DNA from: Bacteroidales bacterium
Lineage (GTDB): Bacteria > Bacteroidota > Bacteroidia > Bacteroidales > VadinHA17
Assembly: GCA_017999895.1 (NCBI GenBank)
Contig: JAGNKY010000001.1
Span: forward strand, 218,715-282,714
Direction: 5' to 3'
DNA: 64,000 nucleotides
Of this stretch, positions 1 through 11,847 are shown piece after piece. Within the stretch, counting starts at the first letter, position 1. Each line of letters starts with the position of its first letter. The position numbers were made by a program, and so were the translations under genes. The notes under the pieces are model-generated. The model ran no database searches. It was not told the DNA's origin and was given only the letters and a program-made list of their open reading frames with translations.

Positions 1-166
1 TACAGATTGATAATTAGGATTGCAAAGATATAAAATCTTTAATAAATACAATTCATTTATATTGGTTAATAAAAAAATAAATTTATATCCATTGGATAAG
101 GCATTAATCTTTATATTTGCTGTTGCTTAAGGCTAATTGATGAATTCTGTCTCATAAATGTGACAA

Positions 167-757
167 ATGAAAAGGATAAAGCTTAAAGTTCTGGGAGTAT
201 CTTACAGCCAGACGCAGTCTGGCGCTTATGCTCTCATCTTGATGGAGGAGAAAGGAGAGAGGAGAATACCTATTATAATAGGAGGTTTTGAAGCCCAGTC
301 GATAGTTATTAAAATAGAGAATCTTGAACCTCCGAGGCCGCTCACTCACGATCTTTTCAAAAGTTTTGCAGATGCTTTTGGCATCGATATCACCGAAGTA
401 TTTATTTACAAACTTGAAGACGGCATATTTTTTTCTAAGCTGGTCTGCAATAGAAATGGTGAAGAACTGACTATTGATAGCCGTACTTCTGATGCAGTTG
501 CGCTCGCCCTCCGGTTTAATTGTCCTATATATACTACCGAGGAAATTATGGAAAAAGCCGGAATAACTATACCACGATCCGATTCTCAGCAACAAGATAA
601 TGAATCAGAAATGCAACCCCGCAAATCATCCGAATTCGACGCATATACTGATGAGGAACTTTATAAAATGATTGACGAGGCCGTTCAAACGGAAAACTAT
701 GAACGTGCGGCAGTAATTAGAGATGAAATTGAGAAAAGAAAGAGGCGCAAATCATAA
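167..757 (+). CDS. bifunctional nuclease family protein (DUF151/BFN) with C-terminal UVR-like helix
   Basis: 196-aa ORF. RIPIIIGGFEAQSI...PPRPLTHDLF is the typical DUF151 signature. C-terminal ENYERAAVIRDEIEKRK resembles the UvrB/UvrC UVR motif. Confidence 0.75.
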   Translation: MKRIKLKVLGVSYSQTQSGAYALILMEEKGERRIPIIIGGFEAQSIVIKIENLEPPRPLTHDLFKSFADAFGIDITEVFIYKLEDGIFFSKLVCNRNGEELTIDSRTSDAVALALRFNCPIYTTEEIMEKAGITIPRSDSQQQDNESEMQPRKSSEFDAYTDEELYKMIDEAVQTENYERAAVIRDEIEKRKRRKS

Positions 758-790
758 AGTAACATTTAGAATATATAAATATTTATAGAT

Positions 791-2740
791 ATGAAAAAGC
801 ATGTTTTTCTTTTATCTCTATTATTATTTATGTGTTTCATTCAAGGATTTTCAAGGGATTATAAAGTAAGTTCCCCCGATGGTAATATTGCTGTAACAGT
901 AACTGTTGACAAACATATTTCATGGGTTGCGGCATATAAGGGCGAACAAATACTGAGTTCGTCAAGAACTGCAATAATACTTTCCGACGGCAGAATTCCG
1001 GTGGAAAATGAATCTGTAAGAAAACCACTTACCGGCAAAGTAAATGAAATAATTACCCCTGTGGTTGCACATAAGAGATCGTCTATTAACGATAATTATA
1101 ACTACCTGACGTTGACTTTCCGGTCGGGTTTTGGTATAACATTCAGGATTTATAACGACGGCTTTGCCTACAGGTTCGAATCGGATATAAAGGATTCACT
1201 TGTAATAAAAAATGAGATATCCGAGCTTTCTTTCCCTGAAGGAACAGTTTGCTGGTTTCCTTATGAATCAGGTTTTATGTCTCACAACGAAAATACATTT
1301 GTCTATTCACTACTCGATAGTATAAACGCTAAACATCTTGCAAGTCTTCCTGTGCTTTTTAAGCCGAAGGATGTAAATGTCCTTATTACTGAATCCTCCA
1401 TTGAAGAATACCCCGGAATGTGGCTCAGAGGGGCAGGTGGAGGCAGATTAACAGGTGTATGGCCACAATATCCTGCAGAGGAGAGGCTTATAGGTGATCG
1501 GAATCTCAGAGTAACAAAAACGGAAGATTATATTGCCAGGGTTGCCGGAGAGAGGACTTATCCATGGAGGGTATTTATCATCTCGAAGGAGGACGGAGGC
1601 CTGATTGAAAGCGATATGGTTTTCCGGCTTGCTGCTCCCAACCGACTTAAGGATACCGACTGGATTAAACCGGGTAAAGTAGCATGGGACTGGTGGAACG
1701 CAAATAATCTTTATGGAGTTGATTTTAGAGCCGGAATAAACAACCAGACTTATAAGTACTATATTGATTTTGCATCAAAAAACAAACTGGAATATGTTAT
1801 ACTTGATGAAGGATGGTACAGGCGTGGTAATGTACTCGATGTGGTGCCAGGCCTCGATATTCCTGAACTATGCAGATATGCGTCGGAAAGAAATGTTGGC
1901 ATAATACTGTGGGTTGTTTTTAAAGCATTAGATGATAAACTTGATGAAGCCCTTTCAAAATTCGAAGAATGGGGCGTTAAAGGTGTGAAAGTGGATTTTA
2001 TGCAGCGCGATGACCAGAAAATGGTTCGTTTTTATTATAAAATAGCACGGAAAACTGCAGAACATAAGATGCTTGTTGATTTTCACGGTTCGTATAAACC
2101 TGATGGATTTATCAGAACATACCCAAATGCAATTACCAGGGAAGGAGTCAAAGGAATGGAACATAGTAAATGGAGCAAAGATGTTAATCCTGAACATGAT
2201 GTGACAATACCTTTTACAAGAATGGTGGCAGGGCCGATGGACTATACTCCCGGAGCAATGGTTAATATGGAAAAAGAAAATTTCCAGCCCATTTATTCAA
2301 GACCTACAAGCCAGGGGACCAGAGTGCATCAGATGGCTATGTATGTTATTTTTGAGAGCCCTCTCCAGATGCTCTCCGACAGCCCATCTAATTATGAACG
2401 TGAAAAGGAATGTACCGACTTTATTGCCAGCGTACCGGTTGTATGGGATGATATAAAAGTGTTGCAGGCAAAAACAGGCGACTATATTCTCCTTGCAAGA
2501 AAAAGCGGCAGAAACTGGTTCGTTGGAGGTATGACCGACTGGAATGCTCGTGAACTGGAACTCGACCTTTCGTTTCTTGAGCCGGGCCAGTATGTAATGG
2601 AAGTATTTCAAGACGGTGTAAATGCCGATAGATATGCGAGTGATTATAAGCATATTGTATTAGAAATTGATCGCGGAGTAAAAAACAAGATATATATGGC
2701 TCCGGGCGGTGGCTGGGTGGCAAAAATTTCGCCGAAATGA
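791..2740 (+). CDS. glycoside hydrolase family 97 (SusB-like alpha-glucosidase/galactosidase)
   Basis: 649-aa ORF with an N-terminal signal peptide. DWWNANN...[20 protein letters not shown] and downstream motifs are typical of GH97. Confidence 0.85.
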   Translation: MKKHVFLLSLLLFMCFIQGFSRDYKVSSPDGNIAVTVTVDKHISWVAAYKGEQILSSSRTAIILSDGRIPVENESVRKPLTGKVNEIITPVVAHKRSSINDNYNYLTLTFRSGFGITFRIYNDGFAYRFESDIKDSLVIKNEISELSFPEGTVCWFPYESGFMSHNENTFVYSLLDSINAKHLASLPVLFKPKDVNVLITESSIEEYPGMWLRGAGGGRLTGVWPQYPAEERLIGDRNLRVTKTEDYIARVAGERTYPWRVFIISKEDGGLIESDMVFRLAAPNRLKDTDWIKPGKVAWDWWNANNLYGVDFRAGINNQTYKYYIDFASKNKLEYVILDEGWYRRGNVLDVVPGLDIPELCRYASERNVGIILWVVFKALDDKLDEALSKFEEWGVKGVKVDFMQRDDQKMVRFYYKIARKTAEHKMLVDFHGSYKPDGFIRTYPNAITREGVKGMEHSKWSKDVNPEHDVTIPFTRMVAGPMDYTPGAMVNMEKENFQPIYSRPTSQGTRVHQMAMYVIFESPLQMLSDSPSNYEREKECTDFIASVPVVWDDIKVLQAKTGDYILLARKSGRNWFVGGMTDWNARELELDLSFLEPGQYVMEVFQDGVNADRYASDYKHIVLEIDRGVKNKIYMAPGGGWVAKISPK

Positions 2741-3531
2741 AACAATATCTCGATCTTCTCAATTATGTTCTCGACAACGGCGTAAGAAAGAATGACCGCA
2801 CAGGGACCGGCACAATAAGTATTTTCGGTTACCAGATGAGGTTCGATTTAAGGAATGGTTTTCCTTTGCTTACAACCAAGAAACTTCATGTCAAATCTAT
2901 TATTCATGAATTGTTATGGTTCATCAGCGGAAGCACCAATATAAAATATCTTAAAGATAACGGTGTAAAAATCTGGGACGAGTGGGCCGACAGCGAAGGT
3001 AACCTGGGACCTGTGTACGGATATCAGTGGAGATCGTGGACTACAGCCGACGGTAGAAAAATAGACCAGTTGATGAATGTGATCGAAAATATCAGAAAAG
3101 ATCCTGATTCCCGCCGCCACATTGTAAGCGCGTGGAATGTAGGAGACATAGACAAAATGGCTTTGCCGCCATGTCATCTTCTTTTTCAGTTTTATGTAGC
3201 GAACAACCAGCTCTCCTGTCAGCTATACCAGCGGAGCTGCGATATATTCCTCGGTGTACCTTTCAACATTGCATCTTATGCACTTCTTACAATGATGGTT
3301 GCCCAGGTTACAGGGCTTGAAGCTGCCGAATTTATTCATACTCTTGGCGATGCCCATTTATACCTTAATCATATTGAACAGGCAAAGCTGCAACTTACAC
3401 GCCAGCCATATCCTCTGCCCGAAATGAAAATAAATCCGGCTATTAAGGATATAAGAGATTTTGAGTATGAGGATTTCGAGCTTGTCAATTATATTGCACA
3501 TCCTCATATAAAGGCGGATATCTCGGTCTAA
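2737..3531 (+). CDS. thyA: thymidylate synthase
   Basis: 264 aa with canonical ThyA motifs (DRTGTGT, ALPPCH, GDAHLY). ATGA start/stop overlap with the upstream gene. Confidence 0.97.
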   Translation: MKQYLDLLNYVLDNGVRKNDRTGTGTISIFGYQMRFDLRNGFPLLTTKKLHVKSIIHELLWFISGSTNIKYLKDNGVKIWDEWADSEGNLGPVYGYQWRSWTTADGRKIDQLMNVIENIRKDPDSRRHIVSAWNVGDIDKMALPPCHLLFQFYVANNQLSCQLYQRSCDIFLGVPFNIASYALLTMMVAQVTGLEAAEFIHTLGDAHLYLNHIEQAKLQLTRQPYPLPEMKINPAIKDIRDFEYEDFELVNYIAHPHIKADISV

Positions 3532-3536
3532 TTGTT

Positions 3537-4022
3537 ATGATATCAATTATTGCAGCAGTTTCAGATGACCTTGGTATCGGGAAAGATAACAAGCTTCTGT
3601 GGTATATCCCCGACGACCTTAAGCGTTTTAAGAAGCTGACAACGGGTAAGTGCGTGATAATGGGTGAAAGAACATGGGAGTCGTTGCCGGCAAAGCCCCT
3701 TCCTAACAGAAAAAATATTGTTCTTACCGACATACCGGGTAAAAGCTTCGATTGTGATTTTACCGCACACTCCATAGAGGAGGCGTTGTCGTCGTGCAGC
3801 GATTTTGATGAAGTGTTCATAATAGGCGGAGAAACTCTCTTCCGGCAATTTATGCCGATAGCGGAACGACTTTATATAACTCATGTACATGAAAAAGCTC
3901 CGGCCGATACTTATTTTCCTGAGATTGACCCGAAAACATGGAAGCAGATTTTTACCGAATACCATGAAGGGGTTCCCGGATTATATCCTGATTATACATA
4001 CATTGTTTACGAAAGAAAGTAA
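3537..4022 (+). CDS. folA: dihydrofolate reductase
   Basis: 161 aa. Has IIAAVS...IGKDNKLLW and VIMGERTWESLP motifs. Shows the classic thyA-folA pairing. Confidence 0.93.
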   Translation: MISIIAAVSDDLGIGKDNKLLWYIPDDLKRFKKLTTGKCVIMGERTWESLPAKPLPNRKNIVLTDIPGKSFDCDFTAHSIEEALSSCSDFDEVFIIGGETLFRQFMPIAERLYITHVHEKAPADTYFPEIDPKTWKQIFTEYHEGVPGLYPDYTYIVYERK

Positions 4023-4165
4023 CATTTTAAATGAATTTTTCGTATAATTATTATAGGAGCGAGTTCATTTAACAGCAAAGTTGAATATTGTAAACTCAAC
4101 TTTGAAAATTGTTTTTCAACGGGAGGTATTAGTAGTCAACCACCTCGTCCCGAAACATCAGAACA

Positions 4166-4186
4166 CCCCTCCTTGGGAAGGAGGGG
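4166..4186. terminator. GC-rich hairpin between convergent folA and clpX (second hairpin at 4076-4104)
   Basis: CCCCTCCTT-GGG-AAGGAGGGG is a perfect 9-bp stem. CAAAGTTGA-N11-TCAACTTTG lies at 4076-4104. Both sit in the convergent intergenic region. Confidence 0.5.
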
Positions 4187-4228
4187 AAATTAAAGCAAGA
4201 AAAGTAGAAATTGAATTATATCTGAATT

Positions 4229-5443
4229 TTAGGATGCTTTCAGCACCTTAATATCTATTTTCTCAAGCTTATGCTTTGCATAATCAGTAGTTATTGTAAG
4301 CTCATCGGCATTTCTCGAAGGCATATCAAACATTGCATCGAGCATAATAGCTTCGCATATTGATCTCAGACCTCTTGCACCAAGTTTAAACTCAATGGCT
4401 TTATCTACAATATAGTCAAGAGCTTCGTCGGTAAATGTGAGGTCAATATTGTCCATTTTGAAGAGTTTAATGTACTGTTTTATTATTGCATTTTTAGGTT
4501 CGGTCAGGATAGATCTAAGAGCATGGCGGTCGAGCGGGTGGAGATGGGCAATCACCGGGAGTCTTCCTATTATTTCGGGTATCATTCCGTATGCCTTAAG
4601 ATCTTGTGGGGCAATATATTGAAGCAAATTATCCTTATCAATTATTTCTCTGGTTCGTGATGCACCATAACCAACAACTGTTGTATTGAGCCTTTGGGCA
4701 ATTTTCTTTTCGATACCCTCGAAAGCTCCTCCACAGATGAAAAGTATGTTTTTGGTATCAACCGGTATCATTTTCTGTTCAGGGTGTTTTCTGCCACCCT
4801 GTGGCGGAACATTTACAATTGAGCCTTCGAGCAGTTTAAGCAATCCCTGTTGCACACCCTCGCCTGAAACATCCCTGGTTATTGATGGATTATCGCTTTT
4901 TCTGGCAATCTTATCAATTTCATCAATAAATACAATACCTCTTTCTGCGGCTTTGACGTCATAATCGGCGTTCTGAAGTAGCCTTGTGAGGAGGCTTTCT
5001 ACATCTTCTCCCACATAACCTGCTTCGGTAAGTACGGTTGCATCGACTATTGTAAAAGGCACATGAAGCATCCGTGCGATGGTCCTTGCAAGCAATGTCT
5101 TGCCCGTACCTGTTTCGCCGACAAGAAGTATATTTGACTTTTCGATTTCTATATCCTGGTCGTCCTGTTTCTGAATCAATCGTTTATAATGGTTATAGAC
5201 TGCGACCGAAATAATCTTTTTTGCTCTTTCCTGTCCGATAACATATTGATCGAGAAATGATTTTATTTCAGCAGGTTTGAGCAGATTTATAGAGTCGAAA
5301 GAAGAACTATGTCTTGGTCCAAGCTCTTCAGTCATTATACTGTAAGCCTGTTCAATGCAATGGTCACATATATGACCTTCAAGGCCGGCGACGAGTATAT
5401 TAGCCTCTTTTTTTGTTCGTCCACAGAAAGAACATCTATCCAT
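4229..5443 (-). CDS. clpX: ATP-dependent Clp protease ATP-binding subunit ClpX
   Basis: 404 aa. N-terminal zinc ribbon CSFCG...CDHC, Walker A GETGTGKT, and full-length ClpX-like sequence. Confidence 0.97.
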   Translation of the reverse strand: MDRCSFCGRTKKEANILVAGLEGHICDHCIEQAYSIMTEELGPRHSSSFDSINLLKPAEIKSFLDQYVIGQERAKKIISVAVYNHYKRLIQKQDDQDIEIEKSNILLVGETGTGKTLLARTIARMLHVPFTIVDATVLTEAGYVGEDVESLLTRLLQNADYDVKAAERGIVFIDEIDKIARKSDNPSITRDVSGEGVQQGLLKLLEGSIVNVPPQGGRKHPEQKMIPVDTKNILFICGGAFEGIEKKIAQRLNTTVVGYGASRTREIIDKDNLLQYIAPQDLKAYGMIPEIIGRLPVIAHLHPLDRHALRSILTEPKNAIIKQYIKLFKMDNIDLTFTDEALDYIVDKAIEFKLGARGLRSICEAIMLDAMFDMPSRNADELTITTDYAKHKLEKIDIKVLKAS

Positions 5444-5448
5444 TTTTA

Positions 5449-6129
5449 TTAGCGATTTTTCGACTTTTGTAGCACTTCATCGATCATTCCATAATCTTTT
5501 GCTTCCTGGGCAGTCATCCAATAATCCCTGTCGGCGTCCTTTTCAACTTTAGAGTATGGCACACCTGTATGATATGAGATAATTTCGTAGAGTTCTTTTT
5601 TAAGTTTTACAATTTCTCTTGCGGTTATTTCTATATCCGAAGCATGGCCTTCCACACCACCCATAGGTTGATGAATCATAATACGTGAATGCTGTAGTGC
5701 TGAACGTTTTCCTTTAGTTCCTGCGCCAAGAAGAACGGCTCCCATTGAGGCAGCCATTCCTGTACATATAGTAGCAACATCGGCAGAAATGTACTGCATT
5801 GTGTCGTAAATACCCAGGCCTGCATGAACGGCACCCCCCGGTGTATTGAAATAAATCTGAATATCTTTTCCCGGATCCGTAGAATCAAGGTAAAGAAGCT
5901 GTGCCTGAATGATATTTGCAGCATAATCGTCAATCGGCAGTCCGAGGAAAATTATTCTGTCCATCATAAGACGTGAAAAAACATCCATTGTAGCCACATT
6001 AAGTTGTCTTTCCTCTATGATGGTAGGTGAGATATAGTTGTCTGAAGCGGAAATATATTGTTGCAGCGTCAGGCTACTTATACCCATCCGGCTTCTTGCG
6101 AATTTACTGAAATCGTCAGAATTACTCAT
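5449..6129 (-). CDS. clpP: ATP-dependent Clp protease proteolytic subunit
   Basis: 226 aa. ClpP catalytic context ([17 protein letters not shown]). Lies between tig and clpX. Confidence 0.97.
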   Translation of the reverse strand: MSNSDDFSKFARSRMGISSLTLQQYISASDNYISPTIIEERQLNVATMDVFSRLMMDRIIFLGLPIDDYAANIIQAQLLYLDSTDPGKDIQIYFNTPGGAVHAGLGIYDTMQYISADVATICTGMAASMGAVLLGAGTKGKRSALQHSRIMIHQPMGGVEGHASDIEITAREIVKLKKELYEIISYHTGVPYSKVEKDADRDYWMTAQEAKDYGMIDEVLQKSKNR

Positions 6130-6195
6130 AATATATAGATTATAATTAATTTACAAATATAATAAAACAAATTTTTATTAAGTCAACCTGATTTT

Positions 6196-7545
6196 TTATT
6201 TGAATAAGTTATTGAACTCTTCAACAGTAACTTGTTTATTTTCAATAGTAACCATTTCCTTAAGTTTTTCTAAAGCCTTTTCTTCAAGGATTTTGTCTGC
6301 AATTCTTTGTGCCTCTTCCTCATTATTAATCATCTCCTTTGCATATTTAGTTATTTGTTCGTCAGTTGCATAGAAAAGGCCATACTGATAGAATTGACGG
6401 CGAGCTATATTTTCAGCTTCTTTTATCACATCATCGGCGTCTATTTTTATATTATTGTCGCGTGCAACTTTATTGCGTATAAGCTTCCATTTAAGGTCGT
6501 TAAGAAAAGAATCGAATTCCTTTTCTATTTCCTCGGCTGTTGTTTTTTCATTAATTTTTAAAAGCCATTTTTTCAAAAAATCTTCTGGGAGATCCAGGTT
6601 TGTTTTTTCCATCAAAAGATTTTTTAAGTCGAACTTAAGTTTATAATTGCTTTCATTATTTAGAGATGCCGCAATTTCTTCATCTATTTTTTTATAGAAT
6701 TCTTCCTCAGTTGTAACAACATTTTCGCCGTAGATGAGGTCAAAAAGTTCCTGATTTATTTCGGCAGGCTGGAACCTTGAGATTTCAGAAACCGTGAATT
6801 TATAAATACCATCTGCTTTTTCTGCCTGCTCCTTTGTGATATTAAGAAGTCCGGCAATTTCGTTTTCATTTGGGAAAGCCTTTTTCAGGTCGAAGTTTAC
6901 AGAATCGCCTGGTGCTAAACCTATGAACTGTTTTTTAATGTCTTCATCCTTAATTAATGTAGCCGATAATGTTGCGTTATCATTTCTGAAAGTTTCCTTT
7001 TCTGCTTCTATATTATTTTCAGCTGGTACTATGCTTCCTTTAAGGATGTCATTTTCTTCCGATTTGTCGGCACTGACAAACTTTCCATATTGTCGGGCAT
7101 AGTTGTCAATATAGTTATTTCTCAGCTTTTCATCAATTAATATTTCATAAAAAGTCACTTTATCATCTTTGCCTACTTCTATATTGAATTCAGGTTCGAG
7201 CCCAACTTCGAATGTAAAGGTAAAATCTTCTGCCATTTCAAAATTTTTATTCTCCATATTGTTTTCATGAGGCAGAGGGTCGCCAAGTATTCGGATATTT
7301 TCACTCTGCAGGTAGTTTGCGATGCTTTCTGAAACCAATTTGTTTATTTCTTCAAGTTTAACTGCATTACCAAACATTTTTCTTATCAATCCGATTGGCA
7401 CCATTCCTGGTCTAAAACCTTTAATATTGGCTCTTTTCCTGTATTCTTTTAGAGATTTTTCAACGTTTTCTTCATAGTCAGCCTTATTAAGCTCGACTTT
7501 CAGTATGGCGTTCAGTTTATCGATGTTTTCTTTTGTTATATTCAT
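6196..7545 (-). CDS. tig: trigger factor
   Basis: The ORF track runs to 7644 but that extension reads into the tRNA. The ATG at 7545 (MNITKENIDKLNA...) gives a typical ~449-aa trigger factor with the GFRPGMVP motif. Part of a tig-clpP-clpX operon. Confidence 0.92.
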   Translation of the reverse strand: MNITKENIDKLNAILKVELNKADYEENVEKSLKEYRKRANIKGFRPGMVPIGLIRKMFGNAVKLEEINKLVSESIANYLQSENIRILGDPLPHENNMENKNFEMAEDFTFTFEVGLEPEFNIEVGKDDKVTFYEILIDEKLRNNYIDNYARQYGKFVSADKSEENDILKGSIVPAENNIEAEKETFRNDNATLSATLIKDEDIKKQFIGLAPGDSVNFDLKKAFPNENEIAGLLNITKEQAEKADGIYKFTVSEISRFQPAEINQELFDLIYGENVVTTEEEFYKKIDEEIAASLNNESNYKLKFDLKNLLMEKTNLDLPEDFLKKWLLKINEKTTAEEIEKEFDSFLNDLKWKLIRNKVARDNNIKIDADDVIKEAENIARRQFYQYGLFYATDEQITKYAKEMINNEEEAQRIADKILEEKALEKLKEMVTIENKQVTVEEFNNLFK

Positions 7546-7599
7546 TAAGTTAAAAGATAAATTAGGTTTAAATATTATAAAATTATTTATATTGATTTT

Positions 7600-7686
7600 T
7601 GGTGCGGATGAAGGGACTCGAACCCTTACGTCATTAAGACACAAGATCCTAAGTCTTGCTCGGCTACCAAATTACGACACATCCGC
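7600..7686 (-). tRNA. tRNA-Leu (anticodon UAG), type II with long variable arm, CCA encoded
   Basis: Minus strand reads GCGGATG...CAAGA-CTTAGGA-TCTTG...GGTTCGAGTCCC...CATCCGCACCA. It has a perfect 7-bp acceptor stem, a 5-bp anticodon stem with a 7-nt loop (TAG), and a T-arm consensus. Confidence 0.9.
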
Positions 7687-7737
7687 TAAAATCTTGGCAA
7701 AGTTACTGAAAAAAATTGGTATTACAATTTGAGGGGG

Positions 7738-8463
7738 TTAGCGGCGCAGTTCAAAGTTTTTGCCCAGGTAAACTTTTCTTACATGTTCATCTTCTGCGAG
7801 TTGTTCGGATGTGCCCGATTTAAGAATCTTACCTTCAAAAAGGAGATAGGCACGGTCGGTGATTGACAATGTTTCGTGAACATTATGGTCGGTGATAAGG
7901 ATTCCGATATTTTTATCCTTTAGATGGGAGACGATACTCTGGATATCTTCAACGGCAATAGGATCAACACCTGCAAACGGCTCATCGAGCAATATAAATT
8001 TCGGTTTCAGGGTAAGAGCTCTTGCGATTTCAGTACGTCGGCGTTCGCCACCTGAAAGTTGTATTCCTTTGTTTTTTCTTATTTTTTGAAGGCCAAACTC
8101 GTTGAGTAAGGATTCCAGACGTTCTTTTTGTTCTTCTTTGGAGAAACCCGATAGTTCAAGCACTGCTTTAAGATTATCCTCTACTGAAAGATTACGGAAA
8201 ACGGAAGGCTCCTGTGAAAGATATCCGATACCCTTTCTGGCTCTTTTATAAACAGGTAAAGGAGTAATATCCTCATCATCGAGATATATTTTGCCTTCAT
8301 TTGGTTTTATAAGCCCGACGATCATATAAAATGTTGTTGTTTTTCCTGCGCCGTTTGGTCCGAGAAGGCCAACTATCTCTCCCTGCACAAGTTCTACCGA
8401 AACCTGGTCAACCACTTTACGTTTACCGTATCTCTTTACTAGTTTTTCAGTGTAGAGTTTCAT
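7738..8463 (-). CDS. lptB: LPS export ABC transporter ATP-binding protein
   Basis: 241 aa. Walker [10 protein letters not shown], signature LSGGERRR, Walker B ILLDEP. LptB-like over its full length. Confidence 0.88.
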   Translation of the reverse strand: MKLYTEKLVKRYGKRKVVDQVSVELVQGEIVGLLGPNGAGKTTTFYMIVGLIKPNEGKIYLDDEDITPLPVYKRARKGIGYLSQEPSVFRNLSVEDNLKAVLELSGFSKEEQKERLESLLNEFGLQKIRKNKGIQLSGGERRRTEIARALTLKPKFILLDEPFAGVDPIAVEDIQSIVSHLKDKNIGILITDHNVHETLSITDRAYLLFEGKILKSGTSEQLAEDEHVRKVYLGKNFELRR

Positions 8464-8468
8464 GGCAT

Positions 8469-9353
8469 TTATGAGGCAACAACTTCGCCGACAGTCTCTT
8501 TTTCATCTTTCATAAAGGACTCATGTTCAATCTGCTTTCTACGGTAAACACTTTTTGAAACAAGGATGCTTACTTCATATAGCAGAAACAAAGGGATACA
8601 GACAAGAATTTGTGAAAACACATCTGGCGGCGTGATAATTGCAGCAACTATAACAATTATTACAAGTGCATGACGTCTGTATTTTGTCATGAATTGAGGT
8701 GTAATTACACCTATTTGAGTAAGAACAAAAGCGAGCAGGGGGAGTTCGAAGGTAATACCGGTTGCAAGAACAATCGAAGAAATGGTTCCTATATACGACC
8801 TTATGTAAATCTGATTAACAACCTGTTCGCTAATTGAATATGAGCCGAGAAAATGAATAGATAGAGGAACAATCATATAATATCCAAAGAATACACCCAG
8901 AAAGAAAAGAAAGCTTATCCAGAAAACAGCGCCTCTGGTATATCTTCTCTCATTTGCGTAAAGAGCGGGTTTGAAAAATTTCCAGAATTCCCATATCACA
9001 TAAGGTAGGGCAATAATAATACCGGCAACAATTGATATGGTTATATGTGTGGTAAGCTGTCCCGACATTTTAATACTTATAAGCTCAAATGGTTTTCTGT
9101 TAATGCAAAGTATATCGGAATGAAGAAGAGAATTTCCGAGTTTGCAAAACAAGCTGTTAGTAAAAAATTCGGGATTTTTTGGTGCAAGAATTATTTTATT
9201 GAAAATAAAATCTTTTTCTATGAACGCTATAACTGTGAAGATGACAATTGCAAGAATAGACCTCAAAATATGCCACCTTAATTCCTCGAGATGCTCAAGA
9301 AATGACATCTCTTTCTCGTTATTATCCCTTTTTCCTTTCCTTCCTGATGTCAT
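8469..9353 (-). CDS. tatC: twin-arginine translocase subunit TatC
   Basis: [15 protein letters not shown] is the TatC N-terminal motif and six TM segments are predicted. The true start may be the internal ATG at 9308. Confidence 0.88.
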   Translation of the reverse strand: MTSGRKGKRDNNEKEMSFLEHLEELRWHILRSILAIVIFTVIAFIEKDFIFNKIILAPKNPEFFTNSLFCKLGNSLLHSDILCINRKPFELISIKMSGQLTTHITISIVAGIIIALPYVIWEFWKFFKPALYANERRYTRGAVFWISFLFFLGVFFGYYMIVPLSIHFLGSYSISEQVVNQIYIRSYIGTISSIVLATGITFELPLLAFVLTQIGVITPQFMTKYRRHALVIIVIVAAIITPPDVFSQILVCIPLFLLYEVSILVSKSVYRRKQIEHESFMKDEKETVGEVVAS

Positions 9354-9639
9354 AAATCAAACAAAAAAAATTAGCGTGTAAAGATGATAAAACTTATTTT
9401 TCAAAACAATAGTATATTTGCATTAAGTTTTTTACTCTCCCTAACCGCCAAAAATTTTTCTTTTTAAGGAAAATTAACAGTGAAATAAAATACCTTAGAA
9501 AAATTATAATTATCTTAAATTTTTATTTAAGTATTTGTTGATTTGAATTGTGAACTATTTTAATTAAATTTGATTATAAGCAGTATAGCAAAAATTTTTA
9601 ATAAGAAAATGAGGAAAAAAGAAAGTTAAGGAAGAGAAT

Positions 9640-11832
9640 ATGGAAAATGTGGTGGAAGATAAAGTTATTCATGACTATTTAAAGAAATATTTTGGATTTG
9701 ATACGTTTAAGGGATTACAGGAACCGATAATAAAGAATGTTCTGACAGGGAGGGATACATTTGTTCTTATGCCTACAGGGGGAGGTAAGTCACTTTGTTA
9801 TCAATTGCCTGCAGTGATGAAGGAAGGTACTGCAATTGTAATATCGCCACTTATCGCTCTAATGAAAAATCAGGTTGATGCGATGAGGAATTTTTGTACC
9901 GGCGACGATGTTGCGCATTTTCTTAATTCATCGCTTACGAAATCTGAGATTAGTAAAGTTAAACAGGATGTAATATCAGGCATAACAAAGCTTCTTTATG
10001 TTGCACCTGAATCACTAACTAAAGAGGAAAACATTGAATTTCTGCAGAATATATCGGTCTCTTTTTATGCTGTCGACGAGGCGCACTGTATTTCAGAATG
10101 GGGGCATGATTTCAGACCGGAATACAGGAGAATCAGACCTATAATTGATACTATCGGCAGGTCGCCCATTATTGCACTTACAGCAACTGCAACACCGAAA
10201 GTTCAGCATGATATTCAGAAAAATCTGGGTATCCTCGAGGCCGACGTATTTAAATCATCGTTTAATCGTCCTAATCTTTATTACGAAGTTAGGCCAAAGA
10301 CAGATGCAACCAGGGAAATTATTAAATATATTAAGAATAATCCCGGGAAATCTGGTATCATATATGCATTAAGCCGGAAAAAAGTTGAAGAACTTGCTGA
10401 AACACTTAAGGTAAACGGAATAAAGGCTTTACCTTACCATGCTGGTATGGATTCAGCAACACGAACTCAGAACCAGGATAAATTCCTTATGGAAGAGGTT
10501 GATGTTATTGTAGCAACAATTGCATTCGGCATGGGTATTGACAAACCCGACATAAGATATGTTATACATTACGATATGCCAAAAAGTCTCGAAGGTTATT
10601 ACCAGGAAACAGGAAGGGCTGGAAGGGACGGAGGAGAAGGAAGGTGTATTGCTTATTATAGCTATAATGATATACAAAAGCTTGAAAAATTTATGCAGGG
10701 AAAGCCTATTGCCGAACAAGAAATTGGCAAGCAGCTTCTTCTCGAAACAGTATCTTATGCCGAATCGTCAATATGCAGGCGCAAAACCCTTTTGAATTAT
10801 TTCGGTGAGGAGTATACAAAGGAAAATTGTGAAGCTTGCGATAACTGTCTTCATCCTAAAACACAGTTTGAAGGGAGCGAATATGTTGTTAGCGTTCTCG
10901 AGGCTGTTCTCGCAGTAAAAGAAAAGTTTAAAGCCGACCATATTGCAAGCATCCTTGCAGGCAAAGCAACTTCGGCAATCAAGTCATATAAACATCATAA
11001 ACTGGAGATTTTCGGCTCAGGTAGTGAAAAAGATGAAAAATTCTGGAATATGGTTATCCGTCAGGCACTTATTGCTAAATTGCTGACCAAGGATATTGAG
11101 AATTACGGCTTGCTTAAGATTACTCAAAAAGGGAAAGAATTTCTTGAACATCCAACAGAATTTATGCTCATTGAAGACCACGATTACAGTGATGCAGAAG
11201 AAGAGGAAGGTGGCGGTTTTGGAGCAAAAACCTCCGCAGTTGATGAAGAGCTTTTCAGCATTTTGAAAGATCTCAGAAAAAAAATATCAAAACAGAAAAA
11301 TGTCCCTCCATTTGTTATTTTTCAAGACCCTTCGCTTGAAGAAATGGCAATACAATATCCGATTAATCTCGATGAACTACAAAACATAACCGGCGTAGGT
11401 GTTGGTAAAGCACAGAGATATGGGAAAGAGTTTGTGGATGTGATAAAAAAATATGTGGAAGAAAAAGAGATTATCCGCCCACTTGATATGGTGGTGAAAT
11501 CACCCGTAAACAAATCAAGCCTGAAAGTTTACATAATCCAGAGCATAGATATGAAAAGGCCACTTGAAGATATAGCCGAGGCAAAAGGGCTGGATATGGG
11601 TGAACTTATTTCCGAAATAGAGGCAATAGTTAATTCAGGCACACGAATAAATCTGGATTATTATATCAATATGGTTATGGACGAAGAACGTCAGAATGAT
11701 ATATATTCCTATTTTCGAGAAGAAGCGCAAACAGATTCTGTTGACGAGGCCATAAAAGAGCTCGGAAGCGAATTCGAAGAGGAGGAGATAAGGCTTATGA
11801 GAATAAAATTCCTGTCAGAAATGGGGAACTGA
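9640..11832 (+). CDS. recQ: ATP-dependent DNA helicase RecQ
   Basis: 730 aa. FGFDTFKGLQ, PTGGGKSLCYQLP, DEAHCISEWGHDFRPEY, the RecQ-Ct zinc motif CRR...C..CDNC, and a C-terminal HRDC-like region. Confidence 0.95.
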   Translation: MENVVEDKVIHDYLKKYFGFDTFKGLQEPIIKNVLTGRDTFVLMPTGGGKSLCYQLPAVMKEGTAIVISPLIALMKNQVDAMRNFCTGDDVAHFLNSSLTKSEISKVKQDVISGITKLLYVAPESLTKEENIEFLQNISVSFYAVDEAHCISEWGHDFRPEYRRIRPIIDTIGRSPIIALTATATPKVQHDIQKNLGILEADVFKSSFNRPNLYYEVRPKTDATREIIKYIKNNPGKSGIIYALSRKKVEELAETLKVNGIKALPYHAGMDSATRTQNQDKFLMEEVDVIVATIAFGMGIDKPDIRYVIHYDMPKSLEGYYQETGRAGRDGGEGRCIAYYSYNDIQKLEKFMQGKPIAEQEIGKQLLLETVSYAESSICRRKTLLNYFGEEYTKENCEACDNCLHPKTQFEGSEYVVSVLEAVLAVKEKFKADHIASILAGKATSAIKSYKHHKLEIFGSGSEKDEKFWNMVIRQALIAKLLTKDIENYGLLKITQKGKEFLEHPTEFMLIEDHDYSDAEEEEGGGFGAKTSAVDEELFSILKDLRKKISKQKNVPPFVIFQDPSLEEMAIQYPINLDELQNITGVGVGKAQRYGKEFVDVIKKYVEEKEIIRPLDMVVKSPVNKSSLKVYIIQSIDMKRPLEDIAEAKGLDMGELISEIEAIVNSGTRINLDYYINMVMDEERQNDIYSYFREEAQTDSVDEAIKELGSEFEEEEIRLMRIKFLSEMGN

Positions 11833-11847
11833 TTATTTACTCATAAT

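Noticed and set aside
7546-7644. N-terminal extension of the trigger factor ORF
   Set aside because: The extension is read through the tRNA-Leu gene sequence. The canonical trigger factor N-terminus begins at the ATG at 7545.
9354-9639. 286-nt AT-rich divergent spacer between tatC and recQ as a possible ncRNA locus
   Set aside because: I could see no conserved structure, repeats or recognisable RNA motif. It most likely holds only two divergent promoters.
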